Shown one piece after another: positions 10,594-20,090 of a stretch of 64,000 bases of DNA (its first letter is position 1; every line of letters starts with the position of its first letter). A program made the position numbers and the translations under genes. Below the pieces are notes generated by a model, which saw nothing but the letters and a program-made list of their open reading frames with translations, had not been told where the DNA came from and ran no database searches. This stretch comes from Rickettsiales bacterium (GTDB lineage Bacteria > Pseudomonadota > Alphaproteobacteria > Rickettsiales > UBA998), in assembly GCA_965248995.1 (NCBI GenBank), contig CBDFKY010000004.1:42178-106177 (forward strand), written 5' to 3'.

Positions 10594-11091
10594 ATGAGCA
10601 CCGCCTACCAGAAACTGGATGCCTACAGAAATGCGAGTTTTACGGTGAGTAAAACCCGTCAGATCGTGATGCTGTATGACGGAATCGTCCGTTTTCTGCA
10701 GCAGGCCAAATGTGCCATGACTGAGGGGCGCATCGAAGACCGTTTCACTCTTCTGAGCAAAGCTTCCGCTATCGTGACCGGTCTGCAGGGCTGTCTGGAC
10801 TTTGAACAGAACGCGGAAGTGTCCACGACATTGTATGATTATTACGCGCAATGCGAAGCGGATATTTTTTCACTGCAGCGCACGAGTTCCGTCGAACAGT
10901 GCGACCTGGTGATCGCGCAGTTGAAAACCATGCGGGAAGCATGGAACGCTATCGACGCGTCGTATGGGACGCCTGCGCCTGCGATGGTAGCGAATGCGGG
11001 AAGTGAATCCGAGAAGAGCGCTGCACCCTTTCCGCAAGCCGCCGGCGGTTTCAGTGCGAACGAAATGCAGGCGCTGATGATTTCAGCGTAG
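10594..11091 (+). CDS. fliS: Flagellin export chaperone
   Basis: AYQK, IVMLYDG, LQGCLDFE, LYDY, MREAW; directly after fliD. Confidence 0.9.
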   Translation: MSTAYQKLDAYRNASFTVSKTRQIVMLYDGIVRFLQQAKCAMTEGRIEDRFTLLSKASAIVTGLQGCLDFEQNAEVSTTLYDYYAQCEADIFSLQRTSSVEQCDLVIAQLKTMREAWNAIDASYGTPAPAMVANAGSESEKSAAPFPQAAGGFSANEMQALMISA

Positions 11092-11258
11092 CTGAAGCAG
11101 AAGCCCGGGCGTAATGAATCGCCCCTGTATCATAAGGTGAAGCATGGCAATATTTCAGGTTTCCGCTTCCCGGTTTCCGGCTGCCGACCGCTTTGCAGTT
11201 GAAAAAAGAACTTTCATGCGTTACTAAAGCGTCTCACGATCCTAAAGGAGTTTTGAAT

Positions 11259-11678
11259 ATGACCGTTGCACTTCCTGAAGGATATGCTCCTTCCGAAAAC
11301 GAGGAATATATGAATCCCGAGCAGCTGGAGTTTTTTCGCCAGAAGCTGATCGCCTGGCGCTCCGACCTGCTTAAGGAGTCCCGTGAGACGATGGAGCATC
11401 TGAAGGAAGAAAACTGGCATGAAGCGGACATCGCCGACCGCGCTTCACTGGAGACGGAAGCAGGTGTGGAACTGCGGACCCGCAATCGCTATCTGAAGCT
11501 TATTTCGAAGATAGATCAGGCACTGCGCCGCATCGAGAAAGGCGAATACGGTTACTGCGAGGAAACGGGTGATCCCATCGGCATTCGCCGCCTGCAGGCC
11601 CGCCCGGTGGCTACGATGACGATTGAAGCGCAGGAGCGTCATGAAAAGCTTGAGAAGCAGTACGCGGATGAAGAGTAA
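11259..11678 (+). CDS. dksA: RNA polymerase-binding protein DksA (single-Cys alphaproteobacterial type)
   Basis: EYMNPEQLEFFR, DIADRAS, YGYCEETGDPIGIRRLQARPVAT; start placed at the ATG after AAGGAG. Confidence 0.95.
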   Translation: MTVALPEGYAPSENEEYMNPEQLEFFRQKLIAWRSDLLKESRETMEHLKEENWHEADIADRASLETEAGVELRTRNRYLKLISKIDQALRRIEKGEYGYCEETGDPIGIRRLQARPVATMTIEAQERHEKLEKQYADEE

Positions 11679-11772
11679 TACATATTAAATATAATCAACA
11701 AATTTTAAATATTAGGATGTTTAATCGTTAATTTACCAATATTCGCTATTCTTGAATGATCGAGAGGCGAAT

Positions 11773-12888
11773 ATGACATTGACGTATGAAGATATCCACT
11801 TGCTGGTAAGAGAACCTTCTTCCAAAGTAAGAGCGGATATCGCCCAGAAAGTGGCTGCCAGCTACAACACCCAGAGTTTCACTCCTAAAGCGAACAAGAT
11901 AGCGACCGATATCCTGCGGTTGTTGTTGCAGGATACCTCCCGGCAGGTACGTAAGGTACTGGCGCAGGAGTTGAAACTGCATCATAACGCGCCGCACGAT
12001 ATCATCGTGGCGCTCGCCAACGATGAACTCGATATCGCGGAAGAAATACTGATTCATTCCACCGTTCTTCAGGAATCCGATATCCTGGAGTTGATCCGCG
12101 CGAATGAAGACGTGAAAAAGATGATCGCCATTTCCAAGCGTAAACATCTCTCCGAACGTACCAGTACCGCGTTGGTGGCGACTGGCAAGGTGCAAATCGT
12201 CAATTCCCTTCTTGAGAACACCGGCGCGGAAATCAGTGATTCGTGTTATTCGTTCATCATGACGGAATTCCGTCATGACCAAGGCATTCTGGAAGCGCTG
12301 GTGTATCGGGGCGGGTTGTCCTATACGCTGGCGGAGAAACTCTATTCGCTGGTCTCAGGCAGCCTGAAAAAACAGATTACCAAGCGCTATCTCATGCCCC
12401 GCATCATCGTGGAGAAAAGTGCCAACGATGTGCGTGAAGCGGCGATCCTGCGCTTTCTCAGCCCTTGGATGACGGATGAGGATGTCCTCGCGCTGGTCGG
12501 CCAGATGCAGTCAGCCAAGCGGTTGACCAGTTCCATCATCATCCGCGCTTTATGCCTCGGAGAAATCGCTTTTTTCGAAGCCGCGATGTCCAAGCGTGTA
12601 AGAATTCCGCTCAGTAACGTGCGCAAGCTGTTGAAAGATCCGGGAGATTCCGGTTTCAGCGCCTTGTATCGCGCCAGTAAACTGCCGCAGGAATACCGCG
12701 AAGCGGTAAGGATCATGTTGAAGCTGGTGCGGGAGGAAGTGAAGCGCAATACGCACCGTCTGCCGGATTACTCCACCCGTATCATCTCCCAGATCCGCGA
12801 AAACAATTATCACAGTTCCGTCATGGGCATGGATAACTTCCTGGCGTTTCTGGATACGCCCAGAGAATTCCATGCGTTCATCGAATAA
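11773..12888 (+). CDS. DUF2336 family protein
   Basis: VRKVLAQELK..APHDIIVALAND..IAEEILIHSTVL..LLENTGAEIS..RALCLGEIAFFEAAMS pattern. Confidence 0.8.
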   Translation: MTLTYEDIHLLVREPSSKVRADIAQKVAASYNTQSFTPKANKIATDILRLLLQDTSRQVRKVLAQELKLHHNAPHDIIVALANDELDIAEEILIHSTVLQESDILELIRANEDVKKMIAISKRKHLSERTSTALVATGKVQIVNSLLENTGAEISDSCYSFIMTEFRHDQGILEALVYRGGLSYTLAEKLYSLVSGSLKKQITKRYLMPRIIVEKSANDVREAAILRFLSPWMTDEDVLALVGQMQSAKRLTSSIIIRALCLGEIAFFEAAMSKRVRIPLSNVRKLLKDPGDSGFSALYRASKLPQEYREAVRIMLKLVREEVKRNTHRLPDYSTRIISQIRENNYHSSVMGMDNFLAFLDTPREFHAFIE

Positions 12889-12900
12889 TACGGTGATCTC

Positions 12901-14157
12901 TCAGACGGCCCGGCTGTAATATTGTTTCGTATCGAGCTGATTTTCTTTCTTGTCGATAATCAGCGTCACCGCCGCGTCACCGGTGATGTTGACGGTGGTA
13001 CGGAACATATCAAGGATACGGTCCACCCCAAGAATCACCCCGATTCCTTCGATCGGAATGCCGACGGAGGCCAGTACCATGCCCATGAAGATGATGGAAC
13101 CGCTCGGAATGCCCGCCGCGCCGATGGAGCCTAAGGTCGAGGTGAGGATCAGCATCAGATAGTCATGGCCGTGCAGGGGAATCCCGTACATCTGAGCGAA
13201 GAACATGGCGCAGAGGCCTAGGTAAATCGCCGTTCCGTCCATGTTGATGCAGGCGCCGAGCGGCATCATGAACTGGGTGGTGCCGCCGGACACGCCCATC
13301 TTCTTCTGCAGCTCGCTCATGGCGGTCGTCAGCGTCGCCTTGCTGGAACTGGTGGAAAATGCCATCAGCTGGGTGGCGATCATCTTGCGGTAGAAAGGAA
13401 AGGGTGAGAGGCCGCCGAACACGGCGATCATTCCGCCGAACACCAGATATTGCAGGAAGCAGGCGCTGATGACCAGCCCCACGAGACGCATCAGGCTGAC
13501 GATCACGTCGAGCCCCGTGGTGCCCACCATGCTGCTGATGAAACCGAACACGGCGAGGGGGGCGAGGCGGACGATCCATTCGATCATTTTGAAAGTGATG
13601 CCGGCGAGCTGTTTGTTCAGTTCTTTCACGCGTGCCGTTTCATCCGGAATATAATTCATCACGATGCCGGTGAAAATGGCGAACACCACGACCTGAAGGT
13701 ACATATCCTCCGAAATGGCGTGTACGATATTGCCCGGAATCAATCCGATCAGAAAGTCGCTGATATGGGGAGGGGGAACGGCCGCCGCCGTCGGCAGTGC
13801 GATACTGCCCGCTACCGGCGGCGCGACGCCCAGACCCGGAGTGAAGATATGGCCGAGCGCCAGACCGAGACAAACGGCGCAAAGCGACGTCGCGATATAG
13901 GTGAAGGTTCCCCTGAGCGCGATTCCCTTGAAGTTATGACCGGCGCTCAGGCTCGTAATCCCGGAAATGAGCGCGAAGAAAATCAGCGGGGAGACCACCA
14001 TCTTGATCAGTTTGATGAACACGGTGCCGAGCACGGCAAAACTGGCGGCGTTGCCTTTCAAAAGGAATCCCGCCGCTATTCCCAGAATCAGCCCGATCAC
14101 TACCTGCTGCCACATGGTCAACCCGAGGAATTTCCACTCTTTCGTTTCTGCCGCCAT
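12901..14157 (-). CDS. Dicarboxylate/amino acid:cation symporter (DAACS family)
   Basis: AFSTSSSKATL, PLGACINMDGTAIY, GVDRILDMFRTTVNITGD. Confidence 0.93.
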   Translation of the reverse strand: MAAETKEWKFLGLTMWQQVVIGLILGIAAGFLLKGNAASFAVLGTVFIKLIKMVVSPLIFFALISGITSLSAGHNFKGIALRGTFTYIATSLCAVCLGLALGHIFTPGLGVAPPVAGSIALPTAAAVPPPHISDFLIGLIPGNIVHAISEDMYLQVVVFAIFTGIVMNYIPDETARVKELNKQLAGITFKMIEWIVRLAPLAVFGFISSMVGTTGLDVIVSLMRLVGLVISACFLQYLVFGGMIAVFGGLSPFPFYRKMIATQLMAFSTSSSKATLTTAMSELQKKMGVSGGTTQFMMPLGACINMDGTAIYLGLCAMFFAQMYGIPLHGHDYLMLILTSTLGSIGAAGIPSGSIIFMGMVLASVGIPIEGIGVILGVDRILDMFRTTVNITGDAAVTLIIDKKENQLDTKQYYSRAV

Positions 14158-14348
14158 GCCTGACTCACGCTCCTGATATATCATTAGGAATTCACAAAGG
14201 GGGGACTGTGCCGTAAACGAGGGCCCCTGTCAACGTCCGGTTAGGGTGCGCCGCAACATTGCTCCGGTTTCAAACAACCGTAAAACTGCTTGCCTAGGGG
14301 AGGCATATCGTGAAATAACGGCTTTCTCACAGGACGCAACGAAACTCT

Positions 14349-15554
14349 ATGGCTTCACTCATCGCTACCCGCCTCGCCGCCGTTAAACCCTCGCCTACCA
14401 TGGCCGTTACGGCGAAAGCGGCGGAATTACGGGCGGCCGGGAAAGACGTGATCGCGCTCGGCGCGGGCGAGCCGGATTTCGACACGCCGGAGCCTATCAA
14501 GCAGGCGGCGGTCGCGGCGCTCGCTGCGGGAAAGACGAAATATACGCCGGTCTCCGGTACGCCGGAACTGAAGGACGCGATCATCGCCAAGTTCAAGCGG
14601 GATAACGACCTGCATTTCTCGCGTAACCAAATCGTCGTCGGATGTGGCGCCAAGCAAGTGATTTTCAATGCCATCCTGGCCACCGTCAATGCGGGTGACG
14701 AGGTGATTATCCCGACTCCGTACTGGGTGTCCTATCCCGATATGGTGTACGTGGCGGAAGGGGTGGCGGTCATCGTGGAATGCGGCAAGGACACCGGCCT
14801 CAAGCTGACGCCTGCCGTTCTGGAAGCCGCCATCACTCCCCGCACCCGCTGGCTGATTCTCAATTCCCCTTCGAATCCGAGCGGCGCCGCCTATACCGCA
14901 GGTGAGCTGCAAGCGCTGGGGGACGTATTGCTGCGTCACCCGCACGTGCTGGTCCTGTCCGATGATATTTATGAATACCTGGTCTATGACGGATTCCAAT
15001 TCGCCACCATCGCTTCCGTCGTCCCCACACTGGCAGGCCGCACGGTAACGGTCAACGGTGTTTCCAAATCCTATTCCATGACCGGCTGGCGCATCGGTTA
15101 CGCCGCGGGGCCGGAGCCGCTGATTACCGCGATGAGCGATATCCAGTCCCATTCCACGACCAACGCCTGCTCCATATCCCAGGCTGCGACGGTCGCGGCA
15201 TTGAACGGGGATCACGATTTCCTCAAGGAATGGATCGCTGCGTTCGTCTCACGCCGGGACAACGTGGTGCGTGCCTTGAACGCGATTGAAGGGCTGCATT
15301 GCGAGACGCCGCAAGGCGCGTTTTATCTTTTTCCGGAATGTTCGGGACTTTTCGGAAAACGGACGCCCGCAGGAAAAGCGCTTCAAACATCTATGGATGT
15401 CTGTGCCTATTTTCTGGAGGAAGCACTGGTCGCCGCCGTTCCCGGAAGCGCGTTCGGCTCGGAAGGGTATTTCCGTATTTCCTATGCCACCTCCCAGGCA
15501 TTGCTGGACGAGGCCTGCACACGTATCGCTACCGCGGTCGCCGCATTGAAATAG
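14349..15554 (+). CDS. aspC: Aspartate aminotransferase (class I, PLP-dependent)
   Basis: GEPDFDTP, NSPSNPSG, SDDIYE, NGVSKSYSMTGWRIGY. Confidence 0.9.
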   Translation: MASLIATRLAAVKPSPTMAVTAKAAELRAAGKDVIALGAGEPDFDTPEPIKQAAVAALAAGKTKYTPVSGTPELKDAIIAKFKRDNDLHFSRNQIVVGCGAKQVIFNAILATVNAGDEVIIPTPYWVSYPDMVYVAEGVAVIVECGKDTGLKLTPAVLEAAITPRTRWLILNSPSNPSGAAYTAGELQALGDVLLRHPHVLVLSDDIYEYLVYDGFQFATIASVVPTLAGRTVTVNGVSKSYSMTGWRIGYAAGPEPLITAMSDIQSHSTTNACSISQAATVAALNGDHDFLKEWIAAFVSRRDNVVRALNAIEGLHCETPQGAFYLFPECSGLFGKRTPAGKALQTSMDVCAYFLEEALVAAVPGSAFGSEGYFRISYATSQALLDEACTRIATAVAALK

Positions 15555-15564
15555 CGTGGTCCCC

Positions 15565-15604
15565 TTAGCGCTTCATTAACGCTTACGCGTTAAGGTAATG
15601 TTAT
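15565..15604. promoter_or_regulatory. Two CtrA-like boxes upstream of the PAS_5 gene
   Basis: TTAG-N7-TTAAC at 15565-15580 and TTAA-N7-TTAT at 15590-15604. Confidence 0.4.
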
Positions 15605-16058
15605 GACCGCCACTCCACCCACCGAGCCGTTCAAGCCGGAACAGCGCCTGACGTTTCGTCTGCTGTCCTACTGGAACCGTATCCGTGGCACCAAGGCATT
15701 TCCGGCGCTGTCCGACGTGAATATCCACGAGATTCAGGAAATGTGGCATTTTTCCTTTACGCTGGACGTCAGCGTACCCGGCAATCATTTCTTCCAATAT
15801 TTCGGACCGGAGCTTTCCTCCATTTTCGGTACGGATTTCACCAATGAAAACGTCTCGGAAGCGATGAACGACGTGATCCTGAACAATACGGTGGGATCGT
15901 ACGTCAAATGCATCGAAAAGCGGGAACCGACCATGGAAGCGGCGTCCTTTTTCTATGACGGGAAGGAACTACGGTACCGCACACTGATCGTGCCGTTTTC
16001 CAGTAATGGGGAGACGATCGATTATCTGATGGGCACGACGAACTATAAAGCGTTCTAA
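15603..16058 (+). CDS. PAS_5 (DUF1457-like) domain protein
   Basis: LLSYWNRIRG..FP..SD, FQYFG, FGTDFT, YRTLIVPFS..IDYLMG. Confidence 0.7.
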   Translation: MTATPPTEPFKPEQRLTFRLLSYWNRIRGTKAFPALSDVNIHEIQEMWHFSFTLDVSVPGNHFFQYFGPELSSIFGTDFTNENVSEAMNDVILNNTVGSYVKCIEKREPTMEAASFFYDGKELRYRTLIVPFSSNGETIDYLMGTTNYKAF

Positions 16059-16102
16059 GTATAATACGACAGGCGTTATTTTTCGGTTTTTTCCAACATC
16101 CT

Positions 16103-16810
16103 TTAACGTTTAACACATTTGTCCGATTGCTGCCCTGTCGGCGTGACAGGAGGCGTGTAGTCCACACTCCCGTAAGAAATCTTCGCCTCCGGAAGCGAAT
16201 TATATTCGAGTGCCGCCGCCGGTAATTTCAGTTCACATAAGGCTTTTTTGACAATATAAGGCAGTTCAGCGGGTTTTAAGGCAGGGTCCGGCTCTTTTCC
16301 GCGGGCGGTATCCACTCCGTTATCGTAAGTACCCCTGATGTGAAACGGCTTATCCTTGAAAACGAAATTGGAAGCCATGAACCGGTCGGTGTAATCGACG
16401 GTCAATTCTTCACTCGCCGCCGGATGCGCGATATGGAATAATTCATGTATGGAGCTCTCTAAAGAGGTGAATCGCTGGGTGTTTCCATCCTGATCGTCAT
16501 ACACTCCGCTATGAGCGCCGTTTCTTGGTTCATCGATGATGCCGCTGCCTGTTATTGCTTCCGCCGTCCCAACGTAAGTGCCGCTGAAAATAATCTTGTT
16601 TCCTGCAGACGCAACCGCATCGCTGCCCGCTTCGTAGCGCAGTTCGTGAGACATTTTATTGTCTGTTTGAAAAGCGGAAACGATCAGTTGCCGGCCATCC
16701 GGCGTTTTGGAAAGAAGATCCAGCATTTTCGTATATTCACTGATACCTTGCTCCGTAAAAGAGCTTTTATCGATATAGATATAATCGTGCCAGTCGAACT
16801 GTTTATCCAT
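16103..16810 (-). CDS. Orphan protein with an HExxH zinc-metalloprotease motif (M91-like)
   Basis: LLSKTPDGRQLI, SIHELFHI followed by SEE; Pro-rich basic C-terminus. Confidence 0.55.
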   Translation of the reverse strand: MDKQFDWHDYIYIDKSSFTEQGISEYTKMLDLLSKTPDGRQLIVSAFQTDNKMSHELRYEAGSDAVASAGNKIIFSGTYVGTAEAITGSGIIDEPRNGAHSGVYDDQDGNTQRFTSLESSIHELFHIAHPAASEELTVDYTDRFMASNFVFKDKPFHIRGTYDNGVDTARGKEPDPALKPAELPYIVKKALCELKLPAAALEYNSLPEAKISYGSVDYTPPVTPTGQQSDKCVKR

Positions 16811-16906
16811 TAACTATCTTACCAGAAATTCAGCAAAATTAAAATTAAAAAATGAGGCTGTATCTGTTTGACATTTCAGCAGAAACGTCGCATCATCCAG
16901 CGCCTT

Positions 16907-18100
16907 ATGGCTGATACGCTCTCCTTTCTACTTCCCGTTTACCGCCGGTCGGATATCACCATGGTGCGGGGGAAAGGCGCGTATCTTTATGACGATACGG
17001 GCAAGGGATACCTGGATTTCGCTTCCGGCATCGCCACCAATTCCTTAGGTCACGGACATCCTGCCCTGCTCGCGGCGCTGCATTCGCAGGGGGAAGCGCT
17101 CTGGCACTGCTCCAACCTGTTTCGTAACGAACCGCTTGAAGCGTTCGCCGCCCTGCTGGCAGGGCATAGTTTCGCGGAAAAGATCTTTTTCTGTTCTTCC
17201 GGCACGGAAGCGGTGGAAGCCGCCATCAAGACCATGCGGCGCTATCATTACGTGCGCGGCCAGACGCACCGCAGAGAAATCATCGCGGTGGAAGGCGCGT
17301 TTCATGGCCGAACCACGGGGGCGCTGGCCGCCTGTTCCAATCCCGAGAGCCAGACAGGGTTCCTGCCGCTGATGCCGGGCTTTTCCCATGCCCCTTTTCA
17401 TGATATCGAGGGCTTGGAAGCGCGTATCACGCCGGACACCGCCGGAATCCTGCTGGAGACTATCCAGGGGGAAGGGGGCATACGGGAACATTCCGCTGAC
17501 TACCTGAAAGCCGTGCGGGCGCTTTGTGACAAACGGGATATCCTGCTCTGCCTGGATGAAATCCAGTGCGGTTATGGCCGGACCGGTCGATTATTCGCTT
17601 ATGAGGAAGCGGACATCACGCCGGACATCGTCGTATGCGCCAAAGGGATGGGCGGCGGTTTCCCGCTGGCCGCGATGCTTGTGACAGAAAGCGCCGCCAC
17701 AGGGATGACGGCCGGTACGCACGGCTCGACCTACGGTTCCAATCCGCTTGCCTGTGCAGTCGGGCTGGCGGTATTGAATGAACTTCTGACTCCCGGTTTT
17801 TTGCCGAACGTGGTGAAAACAGGACAGTACCTGAGAGAACGGCTGCAGCGCATGGCCACACAATGGCCACTGTTATTCACGCAGGTGCGGGGTAGGGGGC
17901 TGATGCTGGGGCTGGAACTTTCACCGGCGGTCGATAAATATCGCTTAAGCGCCTCCTTACGTGAAGCGGGGCTGCTCGTCGCTCCGGCCGTGACGCATTG
18001 CCTGCGTATTCTGCCGCCGCTGATTATCACGGAAGCGCAATGTGACCGCGCGGTGCAGCTCATTTCCAAAGTAGCTTCAGAAACAGGGCTGGGCGGATGA
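16907..18100 (+). CDS. argD: Acetylornithine aminotransferase
   Basis: YLDFASGIA, SGTEAVEAA, FHGRT, ETIQGEGG, DEIQCGYGRTG, AKGMGGGFP, HGSTYG; upstream of argF. Confidence 0.92.
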   Translation: MADTLSFLLPVYRRSDITMVRGKGAYLYDDTGKGYLDFASGIATNSLGHGHPALLAALHSQGEALWHCSNLFRNEPLEAFAALLAGHSFAEKIFFCSSGTEAVEAAIKTMRRYHYVRGQTHRREIIAVEGAFHGRTTGALAACSNPESQTGFLPLMPGFSHAPFHDIEGLEARITPDTAGILLETIQGEGGIREHSADYLKAVRALCDKRDILLCLDEIQCGYGRTGRLFAYEEADITPDIVVCAKGMGGGFPLAAMLVTESAATGMTAGTHGSTYGSNPLACAVGLAVLNELLTPGFLPNVVKTGQYLRERLQRMATQWPLLFTQVRGRGLMLGLELSPAVDKYRLSASLREAGLLVAPAVTHCLRILPPLIITEAQCDRAVQLISKVASETGLGG

Positions 18101-19014
18101 TCCGGCATTTCATCGATCTGGAGCAGCTGGACGCCGAAGTGCTGCATGGCATTCTTGTCCACGCCGCGGAACTGAAAGCGGAGCGCAGGTCGCATCCTCC
18201 CCTGTTGGCAGGTCGCTCCGTCGCCATGATCTTTGAAAAACATTCCACCCGTACCCGCGTTTCGTTTGAAGTAGGGATTCGGGAACTGGGGGCGCATCCG
18301 TTGATGCTTTCCGCCGCGGAACTGCAACTGGGGAGAGGCGAGACGATCGCCGATACGGCCCGCGTGCTGTCACGCTACGTGGACGCAATCATGATGCGTA
18401 CGGTGTCCCATGAAAAACTGCTGGAACTGGCTGCCTATGCTACGGTTCCCGTCATCAACGGCCTGAGCGACCTGTCTCATCCCTGCCAGATCATGGCCGA
18501 TCTGCTGACCGTGCAGGAGCGGCTGGGGCAGGTGAGCGGCCGCAAAGTCATGTGGGCGGGGGACGGGAACAACGTCCTCAATTCCTGGATCAGCGCGGCG
18601 CCCGCGTTCGGGTTCTCGCTGCACATCGCCTGCCCGGAACAGTTCCGGCCCGACGAAGGGTACGTAGGGCGGGCCCGCAGCGCAGGGGCCGAGATCCGCA
18701 TGACGACGTCCCTCGAAGAAGCGGCGGAGGGTGCGGACGTGGTGGTGACGGATACGTGGGTTTCCATGGGGCATGAAAACAGTGAAACCCGCCGGCAGAA
18801 GCTCTCGCCCTACCAGATAAACGAGAAGATGATGGAGCGTGCGGACGCCCGGGCGATTTTCCTGCATTGCCTGCCGGCCCACCGGGGCGAGGAAGTGACG
18901 GCAGGCGTCATCGACGGCCCGGCTTCCGCGGTGTGGGATGAGGCGGAAAACCGGTTGCATGTGCAAAAAGCGATTCTATGCTGGTGTTCAGGAGTACATG
19001 ATCATGTGGCGTAG
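18097..19014 (+). CDS. argF: Ornithine carbamoyltransferase
   Basis: STRTR, HPCQ, DTWVSMG, FLHCLP, EAENRLH. Confidence 0.97.
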   Translation: MIRHFIDLEQLDAEVLHGILVHAAELKAERRSHPPLLAGRSVAMIFEKHSTRTRVSFEVGIRELGAHPLMLSAAELQLGRGETIADTARVLSRYVDAIMMRTVSHEKLLELAAYATVPVINGLSDLSHPCQIMADLLTVQERLGQVSGRKVMWAGDGNNVLNSWISAAPAFGFSLHIACPEQFRPDEGYVGRARSAGAEIRMTTSLEEAAEGADVVVTDTWVSMGHENSETRRQKLSPYQINEKMMERADARAIFLHCLPAHRGEEVTAGVIDGPASAVWDEAENRLHVQKAILCWCSGVHDHVA

Positions 19015-19531
19015 CCTTCCCGGAATAATTTTTGCCGCGCTGGTGGCGGTGCTGCTGTTTTCCACTTACCAGAAAAGCACCAAGCCCGGTGGGCAGGAAC
19101 TGGTGGGACACACCGTGCCCGCCATCAAGACGCAGGCTGTGGAAGGATTCGCGCCTCCTCCGAATGATCCGGCCCTTTTCCGTACGCACTACGTACTGGT
19201 GAATTTCTTCGCGTCTTGGTGCATGCCCTGCCGCGCCGAGCATCCGTATTTGAAACAGCTCGCCAACGAATACGCCTTGCCCATCGTCGGCATCGTCTGG
19301 CGGGATTCGCCCGCCAACATCACGCAGATGCTGAGAGAAAACGGCAATCCGTACAAATATGTGGGGATCGACCTGCTGGATACCTCCGCCTATGGTTTCG
19401 GCGTGGAAGGGCTGCCGGAGAGCTTCCTGATCGACGCGAAAGGCATGATCGTCGCCACGCATCGCGGTCCGCTGACCCCATCGGTGATCGAAGAGAAGTT
19501 TGCGCCCTACCTGGACGGTAAAAAGCGGTAA
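18998..19531 (+). CDS. DsbE/CcmG-type membrane-anchored thiol-disulfide oxidoreductase
   Basis: N-terminal TM helix, NFFASWCMPCRAEHP, GVEGLPESFLID. Confidence 0.88.
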   Translation: MIMWRSLPGIIFAALVAVLLFSTYQKSTKPGGQELVGHTVPAIKTQAVEGFAPPPNDPALFRTHYVLVNFFASWCMPCRAEHPYLKQLANEYALPIVGIVWRDSPANITQMLRENGNPYKYVGIDLLDTSAYGFGVEGLPESFLIDAKGMIVATHRGPLTPSVIEEKFAPYLDGKKR

Positions 19532-19599
19532 GGGGATACGCAAAAGCAGTTGACAATGCGTGCAAAATAATGCTTATCTCTGCGCCTCTCACGAGATGC

Positions 19600-19676
19600 G
19601 GGGGTGTAGCTCAGTTGGTTAGAGCGTCGCCCTGTCACGGCGAAGGCCGCGGGTTCGAGTCCCGTCACTCCCGCCA
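19600..19676 (+). tRNA. tRNA-Asp (GTC)
   Basis: Acceptor GGGGGTG/CACTCCC, anticodon loop CT-GTC-AC, GGTTCGAGTCC T-arm, encoded CCA; TTGACA at 19550. Confidence 0.97.
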
Positions 19677-19809
19677 TTTTATTTTAAATCTAGCAATTCA
19701 AAAAGACCTTCGCTTTTCCCCCTTAAATTTTTTGTTTACATTGATTTCGGTACGATTGGTCGAATGTTATGGTATAAGAGATTACTTCCAATCCCATTAA
19801 CTTATCTTT

Positions 19810-20061
19810 ATGTCGCAAAAAGAAATTTCAAACGGTGTAGTGCACGAAGTGCCAATAGATTTGAGAGAGGCCCTCATATTTAATCCAAAGGCATTTGCCA
19901 TGTGGGAGGATATTACGCCACTTGCACGTAATGAATGGATATGCTGGATTGAGTCAGCCAAAAAAGTGGAAACTAGAAAACATCGCATCGAATGGGGCTG
20001 TTCAAATCTTGAACAAGGAAAGCGGCGTCCTTGTTGCTGGGCGGGATGCAAGCACCGTTAG
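19810..20061 (+). CDS. YdeI/OmpD-associated family protein
   Basis: VPIDLREAL..WEDITPLARNEWICWIESAKKVETR..GKRRPCCWAGC; AT-rich, next to tRNA-Asp. Confidence 0.75.
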   Translation: MSQKEISNGVVHEVPIDLREALIFNPKAFAMWEDITPLARNEWICWIESAKKVETRKHRIEWGCSNLEQGKRRPCCWAGCKHR

Positions 20062-20090
20062 CCGATTAGTAGTTGGATCCAAGCCGATTC

